Source of the DNA: Octopus sinensis
Lineage: Eukaryota
Direction of reading: 5' to 3'
NCBI RefSeq assembly: GCF_006345805.1
Contig: NC_043007.1
Location: 53,320,001 to 53,384,000 of the forward strand
DNA: 64,000 nt
Shown piece after piece: positions 24,395-36,332 of this stretch (the first letter of the stretch is position 1; each line of letters starts with the position of its first letter). The position numbers were made by a program, and so were the translations under genes. Under the pieces are notes generated by a model, which saw only the letters and a program-made list of their open reading frames with translations, was not told where the DNA came from and searched no databases.

Positions 24395-24478
24395 ACATAT
24401 TCATTGATTCATCCTTTAAAGTGTTATCACACAGCCACCTGTGTGATAACACTTTAAAGGATGAATCAATGAATATGT
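24395..24478. repeat. Perfect inverted repeat, 40-bp arms, 4-nt loop
   Basis: 24395-24434 is the exact reverse complement of 24439-24478; loop CCAC. Confidence 0.97.
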
Positions 24479-24859
24479 TGGGTTGAGGAAATACGTGGAC
24501 ATCTAACTAGGAAGAGGGTCTGCTAATCGTGGCTAATCATGAGACCAAAAGGGAAGGTTTGAAAAATCTGAGAAAGACAAATTTTAGGCAATAGAGGAGC
24601 GGCTGTGTCATAAGACATTAATAGTTAAGTGAATCAATGAATATAAGGTTATCTTCGAGAGGAAGACAAGACTAAACGAAAAGTATATTTACATGAATGA
24701 CATGTTACTGAACTAGACAGAATAATGAAAAGAATAATGAAAGAATAATAATAATAATAATAATGATCTGTGCAATTAGTAGGTAGATGAAACGAGGCTG
24801 AAAGAAGAATATTCTTATCTTTTACGTACATATATGTGTATATATATATGTACACACAC

Positions 24860-24908
<49 letters not shown>

Positions 24909-25006
24909 ATATATATATGTATAAGGGTGGAAAGGAACACACGAGTTGATATATATGAAAAAACAAGTCAAAAATAGAAAATGCTAAGATAATTTTATAG
25001 TGAATC

Positions 25007-25049
25007 TTTCAGTACCGGTTTCGGTCATTTTGAGACCTTTTCAACTGTA
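25007..25049 (-). ncRNA. Hammerhead ribozyme, U3:A8 variant (inverted pLTR copy)
   Basis: Exact reverse complement of 34742-34784. Confidence 0.75.
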
Positions 25050-25350
25050 ACGATTAAATAATTAAATTTAGAAAAATTAGAAGAAAAGGAACAAATGGAA
25101 CAAATCACTCAGAGATAGAAAGTTCGCCTTTTGGAAGATGATCCAAAACAACAACAAAGCGGATATATACGAAAAATGGCTCAACCGGACCCCGTTAATC
25201 CTCCCTCGTAAATTCCAGTTCAAAGCTATTACAGAGGAACCTGAAACACAAAGACACCTCAGGGAGAGAATGGCACTGGAAAAAATGAAAATGGAAATAG
25301 AACTTCTGAAATTGAGGGCTCAAACGAATGAGGATAAAATAAAATCCACC

Positions 25351-25925
25351 TGTAAGAATTAGCACTTCCTTCTCAAAGCTTGGATTCGAAATCAGACCCA
25401 AGAATCATTGGTCGTAAAATACCAATGCACAAAAAGGCGCGAAATCAGAATCTCTTTGTTCTGACAAAAAATGATGGATCGTCTCCCTTCGACCTCTGAC
25501 CCGAGCAGGTCAGGCGAAGTTTAACAGGACGACCAGCGACCTACTGTACGCAATAACACTCTTGCGGTATATCTATTTTTCTGGCTATTTGAGATGTTAT
25601 AAATAGAACGGAGAAATAGGTATCTGGAGAGAAGCCGAACCAACGTTTAAGAGAACGTCACGCATTTATGAGGACGACGAAAGAATATTCAGAAAGGTGA
25701 CTCTGTCATGCATGATTTACACACACGCACCATCAAACATATTCTGCTTTAATGTGTATCCTGTATTATGCATTCCTTTAATATGTATTATTTGCAACCA
25801 CTATTTAATATGCATTTTGTACAAGCGATGTGTAACATTGCTTACAAATTGATGTAGTGATAATAAATCTTTAATTTATTACAAAGCACTTATGTATTTA
25901 TTAATACATCCACGCATCCACTACA
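25351..25925 (+). repeat. 5' LTR (575 bp)
   Basis: TGTAAGAATT...CCACTACA, followed by the PBS. Confidence 0.97.
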
Positions 25926-25927
25926 TT

Positions 25928-25938
25928 TGGTGACCCCG
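25928..25938 (+). promoter_or_regulatory. Primer-binding site complementary to tRNA-Trp 3' end
   Basis: TGGTGACCCCG, 2 nt after the LTR. Confidence 0.85.
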
Positions 25939-26042
25939 TAAAACGAATCGCGCTTCCCTGGAACCAGCTTCATCAACCGCGTCGAAGAATTACAGTTTGC
26001 ACATCACCAGCAACGAAGCAACTGAAAATTCCGACAAAAACA

Positions 26043-26918
26043 ATGAATCTCCCGGAACAAAACCCAGCGGCCAACATCGACATGGCATTCCAAGCGGCGA
26101 TCTCGTTAAAAATTCCACCATTCTGGACCCACGACCCGACATTGTGGTTTCACCATATAGAGGCACAGTTTGCCTCTCACAGAATATCGAGCGATGCGGC
26201 TCGACTTTCTCACGTTATCAGTTCTCTGTCACCAGAAATAACGAACGTGATACGCGACCTTATCATGGCACCACCCGGTTCTGTTTCATATGAAGTTTTT
26301 AAAACCACGTTAATAAACAGAACCTCAGAATCCCAACAAAAAAGACTTCACCAGCTTCTGATATCGGAAGAATTGGGTGACAAAACGCCGTCCCAGCTTC
26401 TTCGGAGAATGAAACAGCTTCTCGGAGATGAGACGCTCCCAGAAAAAATCTTCAAGCAACTTTTTCTCCAGCGTCTGCCCTCCAATACCCAGGTTGTTCT
26501 CGCGTCCACCAGAGAAAACACATCCCTTGAAGAACTTGCGGAGCTAGCTGACAAAATAGCCGAAGTACCGCACAGATATCCAACGGTATCGACGGTGACG
26601 CCAGCCGCTCCCAGTACCAATCCTTTCCGTGCACAAACCAGTTCTTCAGAGATTTCGGATTTGCGTGCATTAATGACGCAGCAAGCTGCGCAAATACAAA
26701 TTCTCACAGCCCAAATACAAGCCCTAAAGTTTAGTCCCCAGCGTCGAAGCACCAGCCGATCTCGACGAGATGGCAGACGGTCTCGAAGCCCCAGTGCTAC
26801 CCGAAACTCACATGACACGTGTTGGTACCACCGAACATTCGGAACACGGGCACAAAAATGTACGGTACCGTGCTCGTTTTCCTCACCCAGTTCGGGAAAC
26901 GGCACAGCCAGGAATTGA
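26043..26918 (+). CDS. Gag (CsRn1-type, CHCC motif)
   Basis: [52 protein letters not shown]. Confidence 0.93.
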   Translation: MNLPEQNPAANIDMAFQAAISLKIPPFWTHDPTLWFHHIEAQFASHRISSDAARLSHVISSLSPEITNVIRDLIMAPPGSVSYEVFKTTLINRTSESQQKRLHQLLISEELGDKTPSQLLRRMKQLLGDETLPEKIFKQLFLQRLPSNTQVVLASTRENTSLEELAELADKIAEVPHRYPTVSTVTPAAPSTNPFRAQTSSSEISDLRALMTQQAAQIQILTAQIQALKFSPQRRSTSRSRRDGRRSRSPSATRNSHDTCWYHRTFGTRAQKCTVPCSFSSPSSGNGTARN

Positions 26919-26956
26919 ACGCGACGGAAATTCCTGGTTCGCACCCACACAGTCGC
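26894..26956 (+). promoter_or_regulatory. Programmed -1 ribosomal frameshift signal (slippery heptamer plus candidate pseudoknot)
   Basis: G GGA AAC (26894-26900) lies in the gag frame and pol is in the -1 frame; stem CCAGGAATT/AATTCCTGG (26908-26916, 26929-26937); loop GCGAC can pair with GTCGC at 26952-26956. Confidence 0.85.
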
Positions 26957-29900
26957 CTGTTTTTCGTTTGCGATCGTGTAACAGGCACGCGTTTCCTGGT
27001 TGACACAGGTGCGGAAGTCAGCATCATCCCAGTCTCCAACACTTCTGGAAAAAGAAAAGAGACATCAGTCTGTCTTCAGGCAGTCAACCATTCACCCATT
27101 CCAACCTACGGTGAACAGTCCCTAACATTAAACATAGGACTACGCCGCACATTTCAGTGGGTATTCGTCGTCGCTAAACTGCCGACCCCTATCTTAGGAG
27201 CCGATTTCCTGCATCATTTCGGTCTCCTGGTAGACATAAAGAACAGACGACTTGTCGACACCACCACCAAGCTTACTGTGCGCGGTATAGCCGCTCGAAT
27301 GGACACAGTCAGCCCAACTGTAATGCTTACGACAACGACTCGGCACAGTTCCATCCTGAATGATTATCCAGATGTCGCCCGGCCAGTTTTTCATAACCAG
27401 CCGATAAAGCACGACGTTACCCACCACATCAAAACCAGCGGTCCACCTGTTGCTGCAAGGCCCAGAAGGTTACCACCTGATCGTCTCCAGGCCGTCAAGC
27501 GGGAATTCCAGCACATGCTCGACCTCGGAATCATCCGCGTTTCCAGCAGCAACTGGTCCTCGCCGATACACTGCGTCCCAAAAAAATCATCGACCGATTG
27601 GCGGGTTTGCGGCGATTATCGATCACTGAATAAAAGCACTATCAGTGATGCCTATCCGGTGCCTTTTCTTCAGGACTTTTCGAGCTCGCTGCATGGAGCT
27701 CGCATCTTTTCAAAAATCGACCTGGTGCGAGCATACAACCAAATCCCAGTCGAACCTGCAGACATCTCAAAGACAGCAGTGACTACACCTTTCGGAATGT
27801 TTGAATTCCTGCGTATGCCTTTCGGTTTACGAAACGCGGCACAGACATTCCAAAGGTTTATCGACATGGTGACTAGAGGTTTGCCTTTCGTCTATGCCTA
27901 CATAGACGACATACTCGTGGCCAGTAACTCGGACGAAGAGCATAATCAACACCTTCACCTGCTATTCGAACGTTTACGTAAATTCGGAATTGTTATCAAC
28001 CCTACTAAATGTTTGTTCGGAGTTGCTTCCCTTCATTTTCTCGGCCATATAGTCGATAAAAATGGAATTCGTCCCCTTCCCGAGAAAGTCAAGGCCATCG
28101 TGGATTTTCCACCACCCACATCTCTCCGCAAATTAAGGGAATATCTCGGTCTAGCGAATTTCTATCGACGGTTCGTGCCCCACCTCGCTGAAATAGCGCA
28201 ACCGCTCACGGATTTGCTACGTCAGCGAACCTGCAAAAACGCAGATATAGCTCTGACCGAAATCAACTCGTTTCTTTCGCTGCCCTGAAAAAAACGTTAT
28301 CTAGCGCTACCATGTTGGTTTATCCAAAACCAGACGCCCCACGATGTTTACTCGTTGATGCATCCGATTCCGGAATCGGAGGTGTGCTACAACAGCTTGT
28401 TGACGGTATATGGCAACCGTTGTCTTTCTTTTCTAAGCGGTTAAAACCCGCGGAAACCAAATACAGCACATTCAGTCGGGAATTATTGGCGGCATACCTG
28501 GCCGTTAAGCATTTCCGTCATATGCTAGAAGGTACCAATTTTGCCATATATACCGACCACAAGCCATTAGTATACGCATTTAACACCAAACCGGATCGCC
28601 ATTCGCCGAGAGAAATTCGTCACCTCGACTTCATATCGCAGTACACGACGGATATACGCCACATCAAAGGGGCGACCAACGTGGCAGCCGATGCACTTTC
28701 ACGTGCGCAGATCAATGCTATCCACACCACGTCTACAATTGATCTGGCACGTATAGCAGCTGACCAGGAGAATGACGAAGAACTTCTAAAGCTCCGGAAT
28801 TCGTCATCTCTGAAATTTCAGCATGTTCCACTACCATCATCCACAGCCCATATTGGTGTGATATTTCCACTGGTTACCAACGCCCTTATGTACCACAGAA
28901 ATATCGTCGAGAAGTTTTCTCCGCTCTACATTCTCTGTCACATCCTGGTATTCGCTCCACTCAAAAGCTAATATCGACCCGTTTTGTGTGGACCAGTATC
29001 AACAAGGATATCAGAGAATGGACCAAGTGCTGTGTTGCGTGCCAAAAAGCGAAAATCCACCGGCACATAAAATCACCAATCGGTTCATTTTCGCAGCCCG
29101 ATGCACGATTTCAGCACGTTCACATTGATATCGTTGGACCCCTGCCACCTTCGCAGAACTATTCATATTTGCTAACTTGCGTAGATAGGTTCTCGCGATG
29201 GCCCGAAGCCTGGCCCCTATCTGATATATCAGCAGAAACGGTCGCTAAAACGCTGATATCACAATGGGTTTCGCGTTTTGGCACACCCGCAACAATTACC
29301 ACCGACAGAGGACGTCAGTTCGATTCCCACCTTTTCACCGAGCTGACTCGTCTCCTCGGGTGTAAACACACCCGCACTACAGCTTACCACCCTGCAGCAA
29401 ATGGCATGGTGGAACGCTTTCACCGCCAACTCAAGGCATCTATAAAAGCAGCTCCAGACAGTTCTCACTGGTTGGAACATCTCCCTCTCATCCTCCTTGG
29501 AATTCGATCCACGATTAAGGAAGAACTGGGATATACTCCGGCCGAACTCGTTTATGGCACAACACTCACCTTACCTGGGCAGATGATCGAACCTGTTTCA
29601 CAAAACTTCCCTGACCCACAACAATATGTGCACCGATTACGAACATCCATGTCGCAAGTATCACCCTCAGGCCCCAGACAACAGAACGTCGTTTCACGTG
29701 TCCCAAAAGATATCAACACATGGACTCATGTCTTCGTGAGGAATGATGGGATACCCTCTCAACTTCAACCACCATATTCCGGGCCCTACAAGGTCATCAA
29801 AAGAGAACCCAAGTATTTCGTCCTCGATATTGGAGGTAAACGAAATACGGTCTCGATTGATCGTTTAAAAAAAGCTTTCATCGAGGAGGACTTACATTCA

Positions 29901-30059
29901 GTCCCCTCTTTTCCTCAAACAGACTCGGCAACTCCAGCGAACACCACAGATGCTGCACAACCCCGACACACCAAATCAGGAAGAACAGTTCGATGGCCAG
30001 CAAGGTTTGTGCAAGTTTTTCGGGTAAGTTCTGAACTCCTAACGTATCCATCTTCCTAA
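26894..30059 (+). CDS. Pol polyprotein (protease, RT, RNase H, integrase) with two single-base frameshifts
   Basis: [72 protein letters not shown]; frame shifts near 28260 and 28850. Confidence 0.93.
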
Positions 30060-30616
30060 TGAACACATAACTGCATCACCCACCCAGAGAAATCAAAGAG
30101 CATTTGTGTACGTAAAGAAAAAAAAAAATGAAAACAAAAACTGTCTGTATGAACTTTTACGGAACATTTCAAAATCGAACTTTGCCGATGAACATTTCTT
30201 TCATTTTTGCATGTACATATTTTTTGTTTTCTTTTCAAAATGTTTGCTTTCTCATAAATATATTTTTTTGCTAACTGTATATCCACACACATTTACAAAT
30301 CTTGTTCTCATGCGTGCTATCACTCGATTTTTTTTTCTCCACTGAAAGATACCATGTCTCTATTAGACCTCTAGTAGGTCGAGTAATCAATAGACGCACA
30401 TCTCTTTCAACGCGCCAACATAATTCTGCCTGGGCACATATACATATTGCCCACCATATAGCACATACAAATTGTAAACCTTTCATCCATATTTTTATCG
30501 TTCAATGTGTAAAAAAAATTTTTTTCTACATGCACACAATCAAAAAAAAAAAAAATAATAAAAATAATAATAATAATACATTTCCAATATCGTTCGATCT
30601 CTGTGGCTTTCTCACT

Positions 30617-30629
30617 AGAAGGGGGGTAG
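30617..30629 (+). promoter_or_regulatory. Polypurine tract
   Basis: AGAAGGGGGGTAG immediately before the 3' LTR. Confidence 0.85.
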
Positions 30630-31201
30630 TGTAAGAATTAGCACTTCCTTCTCAAAGCTTGGATTCGAAATCAGACCCAAGAATCATTGGTCGTAAAATA
30701 CCAATGCACAAAAAGGCGCGAAATCAGAATCTCTTTGTTCTGACAAAAAATGATGGATCGTCTCCCTTCGACCTCTGACCCGAGCAGGTCAGGCGAAGTT
30801 TAACAGGACGACCAGCGACCTACTGTACGCAATAAACTCTTGCGGTATATCTATTTTTCTGGCTATTTGAGATGTTATAAATAGAACGGAGAAATAGGTA
30901 TCTGGAGAGCCCGAACCAACGTTTAAGAGAACGTCACGCATTTATGAGGACGACGAAAGAATATTCAGAAAGGTGACTCTGTCATGCATGATTTACACAC
31001 ACGCACCATCAAACATATTCTGCTTTAATGTGTATCCTGTATTATGCATTCCTTTAATATGTATTATTTGCAACCACTATTTAATATGCATTTTGTACAA
31101 GCGATGTGTAACATTGCTTACAAATTGATGTAGTGATAATAAATCTTTAATTTATTACAAAGCACTTATGTATTTATTAATACATCCACGCATCCACTAC
31201 A
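30630..31201 (+). repeat. 3' LTR (572 bp)
   Basis: Matches the 5' LTR except for two small indel-type differences seen by eye. Confidence 0.97.
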
Positions 31202-31862
31202 CACCGATGAAGATATCAACGAAGAAATTCGCAAAATGACCCAAGGCCCAGATCAAGAGAAGTTCTCCAAACTATGGAAAGAGGACTGTGAAAAAGAAGA
31301 ACTAAAATCTCTCCAACGCTGGGAGAAAAGCGCCAGTTGGTTCTCAGACTATGAAGCCGTCTTTCAAACAGAGCACGCCTCCAACAACCCTTTCCAGAAA
31401 ATAAGAAAACCAAAACAACACCCAAACACCGATACACACCTGTCTAAAAGAATACAGGACCTAACCCTAACTCTGTAAGCAGCCAGCGTTACAATATCAG
31501 GAATACCCCCACTTCAAGCAGAGAAAGGATAAATCAACACCCACAGCATAGACACTGCAACCTTATCCCCACCCAAAAGAGTTACCAACGAAATCTCCGT
31601 CCCATCAACCGGTTAAACAACCATGCACAACAAACCCACACCACTTACAATGATTACCAACGAAGGCCTCCTAGAACACCACACCCGAATATGGGATATC
31701 GGATGCTCTCCTCAATACTGCTCCAAGACACACACACCATAAATCAAACAGGAGACCCCACATCAACAAAGAACAACTATATAATAGCTACCGTCCCAAC
31801 CACCGCATTCATTTTTTAGACCCAATACGCAAACACAGAGACACAAGATAGCACCAAACAAG

Positions 31863-34142
31863 CAGGAGGAACCAAAAGTAATAAAAATTATCAATCTAAC
31901 TCACAAGGAACTAACAGCAAACCAAATAAACATACTTTCCAAAGGACTCAAGTTTACACCCACCCCATAACACCCCAACTACAACGAAATGAAAGAAGAC
32001 ATCGCAGAATTCTGCAGAAAATTAAGACTTACTGAAGAGCTATACGATAAATACAACGAGGACGAATCGTTAGCCAGAAATAGGAGTAACTACACCCCCT
32101 CGAAAGGTAAGAACAAAACACTTGATGATTTCTGTGACCACATATCTAATTACCCATATCAACATATGCACAAACAAAAACACAAACCAAACTTCAGCAA
32201 AAAAGAATGGGCTGAGTTGAACAAATTAAAACAAGATAAAACAATAACAATCAAAGAGGCCGATAAAGGGAGTGCTGTTGTCTTAATGGATACGACATTT
32301 TACATAACTTTGGTACTTTCTATGCTGGAAGACACAACATACTATGAAAAGGCACAAAACTACAGTCAACAAAAAATAATGAGGGAACTAAAATTCATAT
32401 TAAACACATACAAAGCAGGGCTCACCGACAAAGAATATGATTATATGACCAATTTCACAAGTAAAACTAGCCAATTCTACGGTATACCTAAGATCCACAA
32501 AAGTGAAAAAATAAGCAACGCATGCAAGATAGCTACAGACAAAATAATTAAAGTCCCTAATCCTAATGACATCAAATTGAGACCCATAATAGCAGGTCCC
32601 GCATGAGAAACCCACCGCCTCAGTAACTTTTTAGACACCCTGTTAAAACCACTCCTCAAACATGTCAAAAGCTATATAAGGGACGACTTAGATATGCTCA
32701 ATCACCTACCGAATACTATAAACAAAAACACCATACTGGTATCCTTCGATGTAGTCAACCTCTACTCCAATATCCCCCACAACCTAGGACTAGAGGCAAT
32801 CCAATTCTGGCTAGAGAATCACGCCAACGAACTACCACACCGCATCAAAAAAGAATTCGTGATAGAAGGGGTTAAATTCATCCTGGAAAATAACTTCTTC
32901 GCCTTCAATGACAACTTCTACCGACAAAAATCGGGGACTGCAATGGGTACACGAATGGCCCCCTCCTTTGCCAACCTAGTCATAGGATACCTAGAGATCA
33001 GTCTGTATCGTAAGGTTCTAGAAAGATATGGCAGCCCTTTCTCCATCTACATAGAAAACAACTGGAAGAGATATCTAGATGACTGTTTCATTCTTTGGCA
33101 TAAAAATATAGAAAAACTCATAGAATTCCAGGAAATTTTAAACGGACTGGACGTAAACATCCAATTCACGATGGAATATAGCCAGCAACAACTCCCCTTC
33201 CTCGATATCCTCATTAAGAAAGCTAATAATATAATAGAAACAGACATATACTATAAGCCTACAGACTCTAAGCAATATCTTCCATTCAATTCATGCCACC
33301 CCAGACACACCAGGATGAATATCCCCTTCAATCTAGCAAAAAGGATATGCACTATAGTCTCTAACGCAAACACCAGAGACACACGACTACAAGAACTAAA
33401 AGATACCCTTATCACCAGGAACTATCCACCTTCACTTATTGACAAGTGCATTCAACGTGCCCTTCAACTTAACATCAAGGAACTGAGACATCCCAAATCA
33501 AAGAAAAACTTACAACCAAAAGCCTTACCATACATCTCCACACACAACCCTCTCAATAACGAAGCCTTCGGCAACATCCTCCACAACATACCCCTCCTAA
33601 AAAAAGACCACAGAATGAACACAATCCTCCAAACACACACGATCATAAAAAGCAAAAGACAGCCTAGATCCATGAAAAGTCTCCTAACACAAGCCCGAAT
33701 TCACTCTTCAACACAGAAGCCGACAGTAAAAAAATGTGGAAGACCCAATTGCGGGATATGCGACTATCTAATTGAGGGATCAGAGTTCTCCTTCAAACAT
33801 GGACAACGGTTTACAGTGAAAAGCAACTTCACATGTGCTTCGGAGAACCTAATATACTCATTAACCTGCTCCGGGTGTCAAGAGCAGTACATAGGCCAAA
33901 CAAAAAATGGTTTGCGTAAACGAATGGCCCTGCACAGATCCCAGATAAAAATTCCCCAAAACAGAAAAATAGCTTTTAGCCAACACATAGATACTTGCGC
34001 CAACAAAAAAACACCAAACTTCAGGATTTTCCCCCTCTACCAATTTAGGGACGATACAACCTCGAGACAACGAATAAGTAAAGAAAATCTCTTTATTACA
34101 AAATACAGGCCACTTCTTAACGGGTCTACGACAAACAATTAA
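31863..34142 (+). pseudogene. PLE RT plus GIY-YIG endonuclease reading frame with two in-frame stops
   Basis: LSKGLKFTPTP*(TAA 31968), IKEADKGSAVV, FYGIPKIHK, RPIIAGPA*(TGA 32604)ETHRLS, SFDVVNLYSNI, GTAMGT, RYLDDCF, CGRPNCGIC, LIYSLTCSGC..YIGQT; one frame throughout. Confidence 0.92.
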
Positions 34143-34249
34143 TATACCTCAACTTTAGAATAAAAGAAATATATACACACACAAATATTACATTCCATAG
34201 AATCCATTACTAATCAGCCCCATCACAGCTATACTTTCACCCATTCATA

Positions 34250-34415
34250 TTCTCCCTTCTCTGTTTTTTTCTTCTTCTTCCTCTTCTTCTTCATCATCAT
34301 CATTATCATCATCATCGTCGTCATCATCATCACCATCATCTTCTCCTTCTCCTTCTTCTTCATCATCATCATCATCAATATCGTCATCTTCTTCTTCTTC
34401 TACTTCTCCACCTTC
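34250..34415. repeat. (CTT)n/(CAT)n trinucleotide tract in the PLE 3' UTR
   Basis: Directly visible. Confidence 0.9.
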
Positions 34416-34741
34416 TACTCCTTAACCTTGTCACTAATGCCTTTCAGTATAACGCCTACGCAAATTCCATAAACAATTCCTGAATTGAACTGCGACTGCT
34501 GTCCGCCACTGACCATTCAAAATACGACCATCAAGGCATTCCCAGATTTCCCCACCCCCTCTCCACATCAGCCTTCTGCTTCTCCTACCCTACCAAGAAC
34601 TCACAACGACCTCGAACACACAAGTGCAAACAAGGGAGTCAGAGAAAGGCAGAATGCCACTTATATCTGAACACTACTATAGAAATATTCCTTTTAAAAA
34701 AACTTTTCTTCTAATTTTTCTAAATTTAATTATTTAATCGT

Positions 34742-34784
34742 TACAGTTGAAAAGGTCTCAAAATGACCGAAACCGGTACTGAAA
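34742..34784 (+). ncRNA. Minimal type I hammerhead ribozyme, U3:A8 variant
   Basis: CAG | TTGAAAA (34747-34753) | GGTC-tcaaaat-GACC | GAA | ACCGGT palindromic stem III | A (GUA triplet, cut after 34778) | CTG pairs with CAG. Confidence 0.75.
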
Positions 34785-34830
34785 GATTCACTATAAAATT
34801 ATCTTAGCATTTTCTATTTTTGACTTGTTT

Positions 34831-34871
<41 letters not shown>

Positions 34872-35143
34872 TGTCTATATATATGTCTATATATATGTAC
34901 ATATATGTATATATATATGTACATATATGTATATATATATGTATATATATGTATATATATGTGTATATATATATATATACATATACCTGTAAAATATTAT
35001 GAGACAATTATTCAATAGCCAAAATAAAACTTTGAGTGTTATCTTGAGTGTTATTTTACAGTTAAATTTCCACTATTTACATAATATTGAGGTCTCTTTC
35101 TTTTCTTAACGCACCAATATGTATATATATATATATTATATAT

Positions 35144-35197
<54 letters not shown>

Positions 35198-35198
<1 letters not shown>

Positions 35199-35467
35199 TT
35201 CCACTTATATACTTCGCTGGTCACAATGCTTTCGCATCGTTTTAGCCTTCGAATGACGCCACCCCGCTGGCTAAGCGAGCAGGCCAACAGAAGAAAGAGT
35301 GAGAGAAAGTTGTAGCGAAAGAGTACAGAAGGTACCGCCACCACCCCAGCCTCGTGGAGCTTTTAGGTGTTTTCGCTCAATAAACACTCACAACACCCGG
35401 TCTGGGAATCGAAACCACGATCCTACGACTGCGAGTCCGCTGCCCTAACCACTGGGCTATTGCGCCT

Positions 35468-35470
<3 letters not shown>
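35198..35470 (-). repeat. tRNA-derived SINE
   Basis: Minus-strand head TGGAGGCGCAATAGCCCAGTGG (A box) ... GTTTCGATTCC (B box), followed by a non-tRNA body between (TA)n and (CA)n tracts. Confidence 0.85.
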
Positions 35471-35502
<32 letters not shown>

Positions 35503-35508
35503 ATATAT

Positions 35509-35728
35509 ATTGTAGTGGCGGTTTATTTAATTTATATTAAAATTTTATGTATTGATTAAGTCTTTCCTTGTTTGTTTTGCAAAATAGTGGTTTTGTCTCG
35601 AATTAATATTATATATATATATATATAATATTAATTCGAGACAAAACCACTATTTTGCAAAACAAACAAGGAAAGACTTAATCAATACATAAAATTTTAA
35701 TATAAATTAAATAGACCGCCACTACAAT
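35509..35728. repeat. ~100-bp-arm palindrome of two tail-to-tail PLE termini around a (TA)n core
   Basis: Arms are reverse complements with one mismatch seen (GGTTTATT vs GGTCTATT). Confidence 0.92.
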
Positions 35729-35762
35729 CGTTTCATGTCTTCAAATGACATTCGTCAGGTGG
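35719..35762 (-). ncRNA. Canonical type I hammerhead ribozyme
   Basis: CCAC | CTGACGA | ATGTC-atttgaa-GACAT | GAA | AC-gatt-GT | A | GTGG. Confidence 0.85.
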
Positions 35763-35919
35763 TTTTCCGATTTTCAAATCAGTTTCAATTTATGAAGTAA
35801 ATATATATATATATATATATATAAATTCGGGGTGAGTACTTGATAATTGTAAGCACCTGTATATACCGTTTGGTGTAGAAGCTCCTTCTATAAAATAAAA
35901 TAATATATATATATATATT

Positions 35920-35959
<40 letters not shown>

Positions 35960-35971
35960 TTTATAGAAGGA

Positions 35972-36020
35972 GCTTCTACAGGACTAGAACTGTTTCATTC
36001 AAAAGAAATCATCAGGAAGC
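35972..36020 (-). ncRNA. Type I hammerhead ribozyme (weak stem II)
   Basis: GCTTC | CTGATGA | tTTC-tttt-GAAt | GAA | ACAG-ttctagtc-CTGT | A | GAAGC; second copy at 51849-51897. Confidence 0.75.
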
Positions 36021-36280
36021 TAGGTGACAAGAATGGTTTTGGCATTTATACATTTAGGCAGGTTTAAAGGGGTGGTGGGGGGGAGCGTTTTGGGGGTAGA
36101 CATCGCGCAAACTATCATTCTTAGGGGAAAGGAATCGGTGATAAAGTAGATAAAAGAATAAATAGAATAACAGAGTTTTAGGTAAATAAGGAGACTCTGA
36201 CTTATATATATATATAATATATATATATATATATACACATACACACACATGTATATATATACACATACACACACACATAC

Positions 36281-36332
<52 letters not shown>

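Larger units (their letters stand above)
25351..31201 (+). mobile_element. Young full-length Gypsy LTR retrotransposon, CsRn1-like
   Basis: LTRs 25351-25925 and 30630-31201 (TG...CA, nearly identical); 4-bp TSD CACC (25347-25350, 31202-31205); tRNA-Trp PBS; PPT; gag with CHCC motif; PR-RT-RH-IN pol. Confidence 0.97.
24949..34842 (+). mobile_element. Penelope-like element (Neptune-like, RT plus CCHH/GIY-YIG) with inverted terminal pLTR copies, interrupted by a Gypsy element
   Basis: Coding pieces 25138-25350 and 31206-31478 join in frame across the Gypsy insertion; RT/EN 31863-34142; ~140-bp inverted repeats at 24949-25088 and 34703-34842. Confidence 0.92.

Noticed and set aside
26348-26950. 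200-aa minus-strand ORF and other antisense ORFs over TE coding regions (e.g. 19211-21218, 27194-27867, 58253-58595)
   Set aside because: Shadow frames of GC-richer gag, pol and ORF2 sequence with no recognisable motifs.
34143-34842. Search for a SECIS to support UGA recoding at 32604
   Set aside because: No RUGA/GA quartet with apical AA found by eye; the AATGCCTT/AAGGCATT pairing (~34438, ~34530) does not fit a SECIS.
35400-35470. tRNA-like sequence with A and B boxes (also 54269-54345)
   Set aside because: No complete cloverleaf or acceptor stem; each continues into a SINE body and tail.
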